UHGV virus genome: UHGV-1352853
Direction: 5' to 3' (one strand)
Source: a virus
Length of the DNA stretch: 64,000 nt
The notes under the pieces are model-generated. The model was given only the letters and a program-made list of their open reading frames with translations. It did no database searches and was not told the origin of the DNA. Made by a program: the position numbers and the translations under genes. Shown here piece by piece: positions 27,494-35,129 of the stretch. Every line of letters starts with the position of its first letter. Within the stretch, counting starts at the first letter, position 1.

Positions 27494-27685
27494 TTATTTG
27501 TTTCCTTTATGAAGTTTACGGATTTGTTTACGAGTAGGTTTAGCTACAAAGAAGTGGTCATAATGCTGACCATTCTTATCTTCTACAGATACCTGCCAAC
27601 GGGCATTCAGTGACATCTTACTGCCCCAAGGTTGCAACGTAACAATCAACTTCTGTGAGTTATAACGGTTACATACTGTACGCAT
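27494..27685 (-). CDS. small basic protein, paralogue of 28346..28630 (shared ..QHY...F.AKPT+KQIRKL motif)
   Basis: Seen directly: FVAKPTRKQIRKLHKG in this ORF against FPAKPTKKQIRKLRRQ in 28346..28630. Confidence 0.5.
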   Translation of the reverse strand: MRTVCNRYNSQKLIVTLQPWGSKMSLNARWQVSVEDKNGQHYDHFFVAKPTRKQIRKLHKGNK

Positions 27686-27790
27686 AATGGTTACTCCTTC
27701 ATCTAATATAAATCTATATCTACCTGGTTACTGTTTCAGTACCCTTCGTCTAAAGATACTCAAAAAGTAGAAATAGCTTATCGTCTAGTT

Positions 27791-27820
27791 AAAAATAAAA
27801 GACTCCCCGAAGGGAGTCTT
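27791..27820 (-). terminator. rho-independent terminator (minus strand, UUCG tetraloop)
   Basis: Stem gactccc/gggagtc with loop cgaa (UUCG on the minus strand). Minus RNA followed by UUUUAUUUUU. Sits after the stop at 27829. Confidence 0.7.
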
Positions 27821-27828
27821 ATGGTTGA

Positions 27829-28212
27829 TTAGAAAGTCAGTTTACGAGCATATTTATTCTCGTCTGCTGGGATGTCAGCAGCCTCTGCTTTCACACGACG
27901 AAGCTGAACTTGCAGGTTAATGATACCTTCTTCACCTGGTTCCAGGTTCTGAGCATATTCGATTAACTGTTCCAGCAAGTCATTCTGTGCACAACGCATA
28001 GCACGGAAGTCAGCATTGCTGCTATTAGTAGGCAGCGGTTCCTGAGTATCCAGTGGAATACCAGTAGGCAATGAGATGAATTTCTCATCATCAGAGCCTT
28101 CATTAGCTACATAACCAATGTTCAGCCAGAACTGAGCTTTAGGCTTATCAGTTTTAGCAGTAGAAGTAGCAGCAGCGTTAGATTGACCGAAAGTGAATTT
28201 TTGAATAGACAT
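27829..28212 (-). CDS. early protein, hypothetical (127 aa from MSIQKF...)
   Basis: Start at 28212, preceded by GGAGAG 7 nt upstream. The longer 160-aa frame is less likely. Confidence 0.45.
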   Translation of the reverse strand: MSIQKFTFGQSNAAATSTAKTDKPKAQFWLNIGYVANEGSDDEKFISLPTGIPLDTQEPLPTNSSNADFRAMRCAQNDLLEQLIEYAQNLEPGEEGIINLQVQLRRVKAEAADIPADENKYARKLTF

Positions 28213-28326
28213 TTTGTACTCTCCAGATAAATGATTGTTTGATTTATGGGTTTGTCCGTCGGTGACTAAACCCAAGAAAAGACTTAAGATTTCAATGATT
28301 AGTGGATGCATTTACATCATCCATAA

Positions 28327-28339
28327 GACGCGGAGCGTC
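28327..28339. promoter_or_regulatory. vRNAP-type hairpin promoter (5 bp stem gacgc/gcgtc, loop GGA) on the template (plus) strand; leftward transcription
   Basis: atccataaGACGC-GGA-GCGTCtgattttt. Same architecture as the N4 early promoters (5-7 bp stem, 3-nt loop, central purine). The flank matches the N4 P2 sequence CATCCAAAAGAAGCGGAGCTTC as recalled from memory. Confidence 0.6.
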
Positions 28340-28345
28340 TGATTT

Positions 28346-28630
28346 TTAAGACAAACGTTTAAGTTGTAATTCATTTGCTTCATACATACAAAATGGGTCA
28401 ATAACCCATTCACTCTCGGTCCACATCTTGGCTTCCTTACGGAACTGGCGACGTAGCTTACGGATTTGTTTCTTTGTAGGTTTAGCAGGGAATAAGTGGC
28501 AAGCAACATAGTGCTGTCTCTCTGTTACGTTAGTAATCTCTGAGAACCAAAGATTCCACTGAGAATCCATCTTACCTAACAATCCACCATTGTTACTCTT
28601 ATTTGCAAACAGGGAAGTTTGAATACGCAT
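28346..28630 (-). CDS. small basic protein (94 aa), paralogue of 27494..27685; C-terminus ...ELQLKRLS
   Basis: ORF immediately downstream of hairpin promoter (b). Confidence 0.5.
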   Translation of the reverse strand: MRIQTSLFANKSNNGGLLGKMDSQWNLWFSEITNVTERQHYVACHLFPAKPTKKQIRKLRRQFRKEAKMWTESEWVIDPFCMYEANELQLKRLS

Positions 28631-28664
28631 GGTTTTATCTCCAATAGTTAAATGATATCCAATA

Positions 28665-28677
28665 GAAGCGGAGCTTC
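28665..28677. promoter_or_regulatory. vRNAP-type hairpin promoter (gaagc-GGA-gcttc), template strand; leftward transcription
   Basis: atccaataGAAGC-GGA-GCTTCttggttttt. Near-identical to the N4 P2 sequence as recalled. Confidence 0.6.
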
Positions 28678-28684
28678 TTGGTTT

Positions 28685-29026
28685 TTAAGACAAACGCTTA
28701 AGCAATTCTGCCTTAGCAGCTTTATACTCTTCCTCAATTCCAGGCCAATCTTCCCGGTCTTGAGAACCAAGCATTTCATGGGCACGGACAGCTTTCTCAT
28801 ACCGTTCCAGTAGTTTTTCCTTATCTGGCTCTCCTTCACAGGATTCCCATTGCCATACATGACCAGTTAGTGGAACCAGTTCTCCTTTCGTAAAGTAAGG
28901 ATTATTGTCCATATTCTTGACAGTAGAATCTTCGGTAAGACAGATACGTTCTCCTTCCAATTCTCCTTCAATAATTGTTCCAACAGGAACAGCAGCAGAA
29001 CCTTTGATACAACGGAATTTAGTCAT
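28685..29026 (-). CDS. hypothetical early protein (113 aa); C-terminus ...AELLKRLS
   Basis: ORF. The 3' end and downstream flank are duplicated at the 3' end of 28346..28630. Confidence 0.5.
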   Translation of the reverse strand: MTKFRCIKGSAAVPVGTIIEGELEGERICLTEDSTVKNMDNNPYFTKGELVPLTGHVWQWESCEGEPDKEKLLERYEKAVRAHEMLGSQDREDWPGIEEEYKAAKAELLKRLS

Positions 29027-29116
29027 GATTTTCTATCCTTAAAGTAGAATAACTATCTATTTAGTTGAACTATCTAATGTTCAAAACAGGAGACTCCGAA
29101 GAGCCTCCTAGATGAC

Positions 29117-29440
29117 TTAGTCTTTAGTCAGGATGTCAATTACTTTTGAATATTCTGCGTTATAGATACGAGCGTTCTCAGAATCCTTACAGAAATCTTC
29201 AATACTTTTCTTACGCAGAGTCTCAGTCATAGCTGTTTCTTCAGCTAATTTATTAACGAATGTATGCATTTCTAATTTAGTACGAATGGCTTGTTTCTCT
29301 GCCATAGTACTTACATATGAATTAAGCATACCTACTGCTTTAGTTGCTGTACCAAATGTATCTGCAACAGTAGTAGCAGCAGAGTTAACAGTACCCAGTA
29401 AAGTTCCTGCGGTCATACGTACAGTAGCGGTAGTAGTCAT
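29117..29440 (-). CDS. hypothetical early protein (107 aa); first gene downstream of hairpin promoter (c)
   Basis: ORF. Confidence 0.5.
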   Translation of the reverse strand: MTTTATVRMTAGTLLGTVNSAATTVADTFGTATKAVGMLNSYVSTMAEKQAIRTKLEMHTFVNKLAEETAMTETLRKKSIEDFCKDSENARIYNAEYSKVIDILTKD

Positions 29441-29483
29441 GATGATAGCTCCAATAGTTGATGATAGGACGACATGTCCATAA

Positions 29484-29496
29484 GTTGCGGAGCAAC
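29484..29496. promoter_or_regulatory. vRNAP-type hairpin promoter (gttgc-GGA-gcaac), template strand; leftward transcription
   Basis: gtccataaGTTGC-GGA-GCAACgtgtaacg. Same flank consensus as promoters (a) and (b). Confidence 0.55.
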
Positions 29497-29600
29497 GTGT
29501 AACGTGTAAGGTGGGGTAGGGTAGTGGCTACACCGTCAACATACCGGGGGGGCTAGTTGAGTGTAAGGGTGTAGCCCCAGCCACAACACTGCTACTGTAC
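29497..29600. repeat. repeat-rich non-coding block (gtgtaa x3, ggtagggtag, 9 bp inverted repeat ggctacacc/ggtgtagcc) inside a 415 bp ORF-free region
   Basis: Seen directly. Lies immediately upstream of the first early promoter. Confidence 0.4.
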
Positions 29601-29855
29601 ATAGCTATCACAATTTTGACATGCAAAAATATTATAGGCACTATCTCTATAAGCAGATAACTTTGAGGTATTAACATGAAAGATGGATGGGGTAACTATC
29701 TCCTATTCATCATAGCGTTTAATACTTAAAACCTCATATAGCTTACTATTTACAAGCAATGGTCCACCTACTCCTACAAAAACTAGGCTGTGTACTATCA
29801 CTGGTTCAGGTAAGCCCTTTACTGTTACATACCACATATTAATCCTTATAAGCAG

Positions 29856-30194
29856 TTAAATAGGAAGGAGCTTTCTGGTGATGATGCGTGCTATACCAGA
29901 GTAATAGTCTGGATGGTTTGGATTACCACTACTATTTCTTACGGTAGCTTCTTTAATAAACACATGAGCATAATCACCTAATGGTATGAAGACTGACCCA
30001 CCTTTTTGCAGGATAACTATCTCTGCATTGCTGTTGGTAAGTAGCTTATGTCCTTGGGCAAAGTCTGCTAACTCTCCTGGTTCCATTATTAGTGTGGAGG
30101 TTCCATAGGTCATAATGTGGATGATTGCTTTTTCTGGTTCAGAGGAATAATGCAGTAAGTCCGTACCTTTCATCCCTAGGAGTTTAACGTTCAT
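29856..30194 (-). CDS. small protein, possible divergent member of the tandem paralogue family
   Basis: ORF of similar size, tightly packed with the family. Confidence 0.35.
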   Translation of the reverse strand: MNVKLLGMKGTDLLHYSSEPEKAIIHIMTYGTSTLIMEPGELADFAQGHKLLTNSNAEIVILQKGGSVFIPLGDYAHVFIKEATVRNSSGNPNHPDYYSGIARIITRKLLPI

Positions 30195-30197
30195 ACT

Positions 30198-30482
30198 TCA
30201 GTACCTTTCCTTATAGATGGGGGTGTTATCCTCGAATGATAGGATGTACTTGTCTGTATTAAGATGCCAAGGACTAAAGCTACCCTGCCAGGACATAGGT
30301 GTTCCTGGCTCAAGTAGATATACTTCTGCCTTCTTATTGTATAGGAAGAGTAATCCTTGTAGCTCATGCAAGGACTGTTCATCTGGAACCAGGATAAGTA
30401 CATCAGCACCTAGGTTAGCTACTTCTATATGGTGGGTGTATTCATCCCCTGGTAGCTCTGAATAAATTTTACTGATAACCAT
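30198..30482 (-). CDS. tandem paralogue family member (motif LVPDEQSLHELQGLLFL ... LLEP)
   Basis: Shares the VPxxExxxHE[LIV]xGxh[FL]L motif with 30800.., 31083.. and 31682... Confidence 0.5.
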   Translation of the reverse strand: MVISKIYSELPGDEYTHHIEVANLGADVLILVPDEQSLHELQGLLFLYNKKAEVYLLEPGTPMSWQGSFSPWHLNTDKYILSFEDNTPIYKERY

Positions 30483-30796
30483 TAATAGCTCTCGTCGCTA
30501 GATAAATATGAGGAAGGATAGAGGGTAATGAGTCTACCTGTAAGAGTAGTAGCTACCATAGGTTCACAGGAGGAGAAGATGTATACAGCGACACCCTCCG
30601 GAACTTCAATGGAAGTATCTATCCTAATAAAGGTAATAGGTGCACCTAACATTAAACAGGTTCCGATGAACTCATCTGCTTTTTCACATTGTTCATAGTA
30701 CATGGTCATGGGTTTACTTATTCCCAACCATGGAGATTTACCTACCCCCAGATTAAGGGGACAGGTACTACGACTACTTAAACCGTAGAAGTGCAT
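30482..30796 (-). CDS. tandem paralogue family member (degenerate motif YYEQCEKADEFIGTCLML)
   Basis: Motif alignment by eye. Confidence 0.4.
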   Translation of the reverse strand: MHFYGLSSRSTCPLNLGVGKSPWLGISKPMTMYYEQCEKADEFIGTCLMLGAPITFIRIDTSIEVPEGVAVYIFSSCEPMVATTLTGRLITLYPSSYLSSDESY

Positions 30797-30799
30797 GGC

Positions 30800-31180
30800 T
30801 TACTTCCTTACGTAATAGTAACGGTATTCGTCATTCTCATGGCGACTATCCCATTGGTATTCATCGGATACCATCATGAAAGGTAGAGCGTCATATGCAT
30901 CGCTAAAGGAGTAGACGGAAGGTGGGACAATACATACAACCTTACGGTCATTACCCGCTAAGAATAATTGGCCCCTTACTTCATGGTAGTCCTCTAAGGT
31001 AGGAACTAGGATTACTTGCTGGGGGTTGCTGTTCATGACTTCTTCTAGAGTGAAGTCAGTTGTATATATAGACCCCTCTTCTTCAGCAAAACTGGGGATG
31101 GTCATTATAAATTTCATGATTGATTTTCCTTCCTTTAGGGGTAGGTCTGAAGTAAATGGAAAGGGTTTTATTAAAGACAT
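30800..31180 (-). CDS. tandem paralogue family member (LVPTLEDYHEVRGQLFL); start uncertain
   Basis: The N-terminal block GSIYTTDFTLEEV aligns with MSIYAFDIDITGV of 31083..31481. The ORF-track start overlaps the upstream gene by 98 nt, so the true start is probably internal or non-ATG. Confidence 0.45.
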   Translation of the reverse strand: MSLIKPFPFTSDLPLKEGKSIMKFIMTIPSFAEEEGSIYTTDFTLEEVMNSNPQQVILVPTLEDYHEVRGQLFLAGNDRKVVCIVPPSVYSFSDAYDALPFMMVSDEYQWDSRHENDEYRYYYVRK

Positions 31181-31481
31181 TATGGGCAGCTATCAATTCC
31201 CAACCGGGTACTTTATAGAAACGTATACCAGGGAAGAACTCATTGAATCCGTCATAACGAGTGAGATCATACACCTTTGGTTCGGTAAGTATCTCGGTAT
31301 TGAGTTGTAGGTTTGATAAGAACAAAGAGCCAACAATCTCATGGGACTCTTCGCAGTTAGGTAAGAACACAGATTGCCATGGAGCAATGAACTTACTTAC
31401 TGCTTCTGGTTCCCCTAGTAGATAGGGTTCCTGCTTACGAAGTACTCCAGTAATATCAATATCAAAAGCGTAGATGCTCAT
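31083..31481 (-). CDS. tandem paralogue family member (LPNCEESHEIVGSLFL ... ILTEP)
   Basis: Motif alignment by eye. Confidence 0.5.
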   Translation of the reverse strand: MSIYAFDIDITGVLRKQEPYLLGEPEAVSKFIAPWQSVFLPNCEESHEIVGSLFLSNLQLNTEILTEPKVYDLTRYDGFNEFFPGIRFYKVPGWELIAAHNVFNKTLSIYFRPTPKGRKINHEIYNDHPQFC

Positions 31482-31489
31482 AATTGTAT

Positions 31490-31533
31490 ACCTCCAGAAA
31501 AAGAAATGGGGTAGAGCCTCTCGACCCTACCCC
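31490..31533 (-). terminator. candidate terminator (minus strand): GC-rich stem ggggtag/ctacccc followed by a U-rich tract
   Basis: Minus RNA ggggtagggucgagaggcucuaccccAUUUCUUUUUCUGG. Confidence 0.45.
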
Positions 31534-31681
31534 TTACCGTTTTCTATCACGGGTCAGTTCATCACCCTAGATACATATGTATCGTTAGCCTACTAGGTAG
31601 GAAAGGAGCCGGGTAACCCTGACTGTAGAAGTTATTAACTCTTTACGAGTACCGCCACTGTCTACTAGGCGGCATGACTAA

Positions 31682-31972
31682 TCACATCGTCACCATCATC
31701 CGAACGCTGTCTTTGTCTCGTCTGACAGAAACACTATGAGGTAATTTTGTGAATAACACAAGAGCAGATGCCTTCTTTTCTAAAGAGTAAGTTTCTCTTG
31801 GTTCTAAGATCTTAATGCCTGGACGATTCTCTAACAACATCATCCCAGCTAATTCATGGTAGGTATCTTCATTGTGTGTAATGATAATATCATCAGGGAG
31901 AATACCAGCTTTGGTATGGTCTACCTCTGCGTATTCATCCTTAGAGTCGTGGACTCTCATATAGATTCTCAA
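31682..31972 (-). CDS. tandem paralogue family member (ITHNEDTYHELAGMMLLEN ... ILEP)
   Basis: Motif alignment by eye. Confidence 0.5.
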   Translation of the reverse strand: MRIYMRVHDSKDEYAEVDHTKAGILPDDIIITHNEDTYHELAGMMLLENRPGIKILEPRETYSLEKKASALVLFTKLPHSVSVRRDKDSVRMMVTM

Positions 31973-32143
31973 AGGTTACTCCTTTTGGGAATAGGGTCAT
32001 CGGAACATTACATACTATTTAGTATCATGAACTTTTTCTATATCATGACTAAAGTGTAACTGTATGGTATCGTTTCTTCAAGGGGTATCTCACCCCAAGA
32101 AAAGAATCTTCTTTAATAGACATAACTTTGTAGCGAGATAAGT

Positions 32144-32833
32144 ATGAGTGAACTAACTAAGCAGCAGATTGTTAATGCCCTACCTGCTAATTTCAAGAAC
32201 AGTGTAACCCAGGAGTTGGTAGACACGATTAACAACATTACCCAAGACCAATTGGTTGCTGAAGCATTCCGTGAAAACTTTATCTCTTACTCCGGTGTTA
32301 TGAAGGAAGGTAAGTTTAAAACACAGGACTATATGAATGCAGTTCAGTATGTGACTTACAAACACATGGGCTACTCAAATAAAGAAGCCTACTTCAAAAC
32401 ATTCCCTAACCGACAAGCAGAACTTGTAGCACGAGGAACAAGTGAGAAAGATATTAGTGCTTATGTATCTGCTTACCACAGAGGTAAGTTAGTTAACCTC
32501 ATCATGGAACAAAGTTTGGTTCCAGTGTGGATTGTGAACCAGGATAACTATCAGAAGGCAATCAACGTTCAGGTTGAACTAATGACCACAGCAGCAAGTG
32601 AAAAGGTAAGATGTGATGCAGCTAACTCTATCCTTACTCACTTGGCTAAACCAAAAGACCAGGTAACGAATATCAATCTGGACTTGAGAGAGAACTCTGG
32701 GTTGACCGACCTCAAGGCAACACTTGCTGCATTGGCTGAACAGCAAATCAATGCAATCAATAGTGGAGTACCTACCAAAGAGATTGCTGGTTCTAAACTA
32801 GTACGTGCAGATGAGGACATTACAGATGTCTGA
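32144..32833 (+). CDS. putative terminase small subunit (229 aa), first gene of the rightward late operon
   Basis: Position immediately upstream of the large terminase. No diagnostic motif. Confidence 0.4.
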   Translation: MSELTKQQIVNALPANFKNSVTQELVDTINNITQDQLVAEAFRENFISYSGVMKEGKFKTQDYMNAVQYVTYKHMGYSNKEAYFKTFPNRQAELVARGTSEKDISAYVSAYHRGKLVNLIMEQSLVPVWIVNQDNYQKAINVQVELMTTAASEKVRCDAANSILTHLAKPKDQVTNINLDLRENSGLTDLKATLAALAEQQINAINSGVPTKEIAGSKLVRADEDITDV

Positions 32834-34415
32834 GTTAATTAAGCAGGAACTTGATGAATGGCTGGACCAGGTAGACTATTCCTACCTTAATTCATCTAAC
32901 TATGTTCCTAGTCAGTTTGCTCTTACCTTTGCCAACTTTATTAAGTTGGTTAATGGCAAGGAAGGTGAGTCTAACAAAACACCTCCAGTTCACTTGAAGA
33001 TGCTGGATAAGATGATTAGTCCGAACCAGTATGTAGTTAATCTGTGTTTCCGTGGTGCAGGTAAGACTGCTGTGTTCATGGAATACTTTACTTTATTCCT
33101 GGCAGTGTTTGGTCACTTGCCTAGTCTGGGTAAAGTAGAAGGAATGATTTACGTATCCGACTCAATGGATAACGGTGCTAAGTCTGCACGTAAGAATATT
33201 GAGTTCCGTTACAAGAATAGTGAGTTCCTTCAACAGTGGATACCCGAAGCTACCTTTACGGATAACCTATTAGAGTTCCGTAATGCAGAAGGTCATCGAC
33301 TGGGTGTTAAGTTGTTTGGTGCTAAGACTGGTCTTCGTGGTACGAAGATATATGGTAAACGTCCAACACTCTGTGTACTGGATGACCTGATTAGTGACGG
33401 TGATGCTAACTCCAAGACAAGCATGGAAGCTATTAAGGATACTGTTTATAAAGGAGTGAACCATGCTCTTGACCCAACCCGTCGGAAAGTAATTTTTAAT
33501 GGTACTCCTTTTAATAAGGAAGATATTATTATTGAAGCAGTTGAGTCTGGTGCATGGGATGTCAACGTATGGCCTGTATGTGAGAAGTTCCCTTGCAGTA
33601 GAGAAGAATTTCAGGGTGCATGGGATGACCGTTTCTCTTACGACTACATCAAAGCCCAATACGACATGGCAGTTAAGACTGGTAAGCTGGCTGGCTTCTA
33701 CCAGGAACTTATGCTTCGTATTAGTTCTGAAGATGAACGTCTTGTTCAGGACAGTGAGATTAAATGGTATAGCAGGCAGCAATTGTTAAGGATGAAGTCC
33801 TGCTACAACTATTACATTACAACTGACTTTGCTACTTCGGAGAAACAGACCAGTGACTACAGTGTCATATCAGTTTGGGCTTATAGTTCTAATGGAGATT
33901 GGTTCTGGGTTGATGGTGTGGCTAATCGTCAGCTTATGGATAAAAACTTTGATGACTTGTTCCGTCTGGTTCAGGAATACCAACCACAAAACGTTGGTGT
34001 CGAAATCACAGGGCAGCAGAATGGATTCATATCTCTTCTTCAGAAAGAAATGATTAATCGTAATGTCTTCTTTAACTTTGCAACCTCTGAGGGTGGTAAG
34101 CCGGGCATCCGTCCTGTAACCTCTAAGCTGTCACGCTTTAACCTGGTAGTTCCTTGGTTCAAGGCTGGTAAGATGTACTTCCCGGAAGAGTTGAGAGATA
34201 CAACTATTATGGGTCTGTTCATGGGCCAGATTAAACTAGCTACCATTAATGGAATCAAAGGTAAAGATGACTGTATTGATACCATCTCTATGCTGGGTTA
34301 TCTCAATCCTTGGAAACCACAAGCAGGTATGACCCTGGTGGATAACAAGGGTGACCCAATGTGGGATGATGAGGAAGAAGATAGTGTTAATCCACTACGT
34401 TCATACATCGTGTGA
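32826..34415 (+). CDS. terminase large subunit
   Basis: ATPase Walker A-like CFRGAGKTAV, Walker B CVLDDLISD, C-terminal nuclease-type acidic residues. Start at MSELIKQ with GAGGA upstream. Confidence 0.85.
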   Translation: MSELIKQELDEWLDQVDYSYLNSSNYVPSQFALTFANFIKLVNGKEGESNKTPPVHLKMLDKMISPNQYVVNLCFRGAGKTAVFMEYFTLFLAVFGHLPSLGKVEGMIYVSDSMDNGAKSARKNIEFRYKNSEFLQQWIPEATFTDNLLEFRNAEGHRLGVKLFGAKTGLRGTKIYGKRPTLCVLDDLISDGDANSKTSMEAIKDTVYKGVNHALDPTRRKVIFNGTPFNKEDIIIEAVESGAWDVNVWPVCEKFPCSREEFQGAWDDRFSYDYIKAQYDMAVKTGKLAGFYQELMLRISSEDERLVQDSEIKWYSRQQLLRMKSCYNYYITTDFATSEKQTSDYSVISVWAYSSNGDWFWVDGVANRQLMDKNFDDLFRLVQEYQPQNVGVEITGQQNGFISLLQKEMINRNVFFNFATSEGGKPGIRPVTSKLSRFNLVVPWFKAGKMYFPEELRDTTIMGLFMGQIKLATINGIKGKDDCIDTISMLGYLNPWKPQAGMTLVDNKGDPMWDDEEEDSVNPLRSYIV

Positions 34416-34421
34416 GGAAAC

Positions 34422-35129
34422 ATGATTAAGTTAACAGAGTTATATAAGAGTCTGGCTCTGACTGTCTTGAATAACACCAGTGTGATAACTGATGACAAGA
34501 AAGACATTGAACCAGATAAAAAGGAATACATCCTTGAATTTATTAATGAGGGATTAACTCGTTTACATGGACGGTTCCCATTAAAGACACGCAATGTATT
34601 TGTTGAAATGCGTGAGGGCAGAACTGAATACCCTTTACTGGCTCGATATTCCTTTACAGGGTTTGACCCTACACTAGCACAGTACCCATACATTATGGAT
34701 TCTGTTAGTAACCCTTTTAAGGAAGACGTTATTAAAATCCTGGTAGTGTATGATTCAAAAGGACACAGACGTGGGTTGAATGATAATCACAATCCGCATG
34801 GATTGTTTACTCCACGTCCTGATACATTACAGTGTATTCGTCCTCGTCATTGCGAAGTACTTACGGTAACCTATCAAGCGAAACACCCAACTATTACTGT
34901 AGATGGTGAGAATCAGGAGATTGATTTACCTGATACCTTACTGCCTGCTTTAAAGTACTGGGTAGCATATAGTTACTACACTGGACTCAATACTGCCGAG
35001 AGTACTAGTAAAGCAGCAGAGTATCTACAAATGTACGAATCAATTTGTGGGGAAGTTAAAGACTACGATCTCGGTAGTAGCAGCGAGTCAAGTACCAATA
35101 CACTATTTGAAATAAGAGGATGGATATGA
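34422..35129 (+). CDS. virion-associated protein (235 aa)
   Basis: ORF between the terminase and the tail fibre genes. Confidence 0.4.
   Translation: MIKLTELYKSLALTVLNNTSVITDDKKDIEPDKKEYILEFINEGLTRLHGRFPLKTRNVFVEMREGRTEYPLLARYSFTGFDPTLAQYPYIMDSVSNPFKEDVIKILVVYDSKGHRRGLNDNHNPHGLFTPRPDTLQCIRPRHCEVLTVTYQAKHPTITVDGENQEIDLPDTLLPALKYWVAYSYYTGLNTAESTSKAAEYLQMYESICGEVKDYDLGSSSESSTNTLFEIRGWI

Noticed and set aside
31589-31601. 5 bp stem / 3 nt loop hairpin cctac-tag-gtagg, resembling the vRNAP promoter architecture
   Set aside because: Lacks the conserved CCAWWAG flank and GC-GGA-GC core shared by the other four hairpins. It sits between a terminator-like hairpin and the next gene. Probably fortuitous.
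31973-32143. ggggt-atctc-acccc hairpin in the divergent region between the leftward and rightward gene blocks
   Set aside because: Could be regulatory, but the loop is 5 nt with no promoter flank. No convincing sigma70 -35/-10 pair either. Insufficient evidence.
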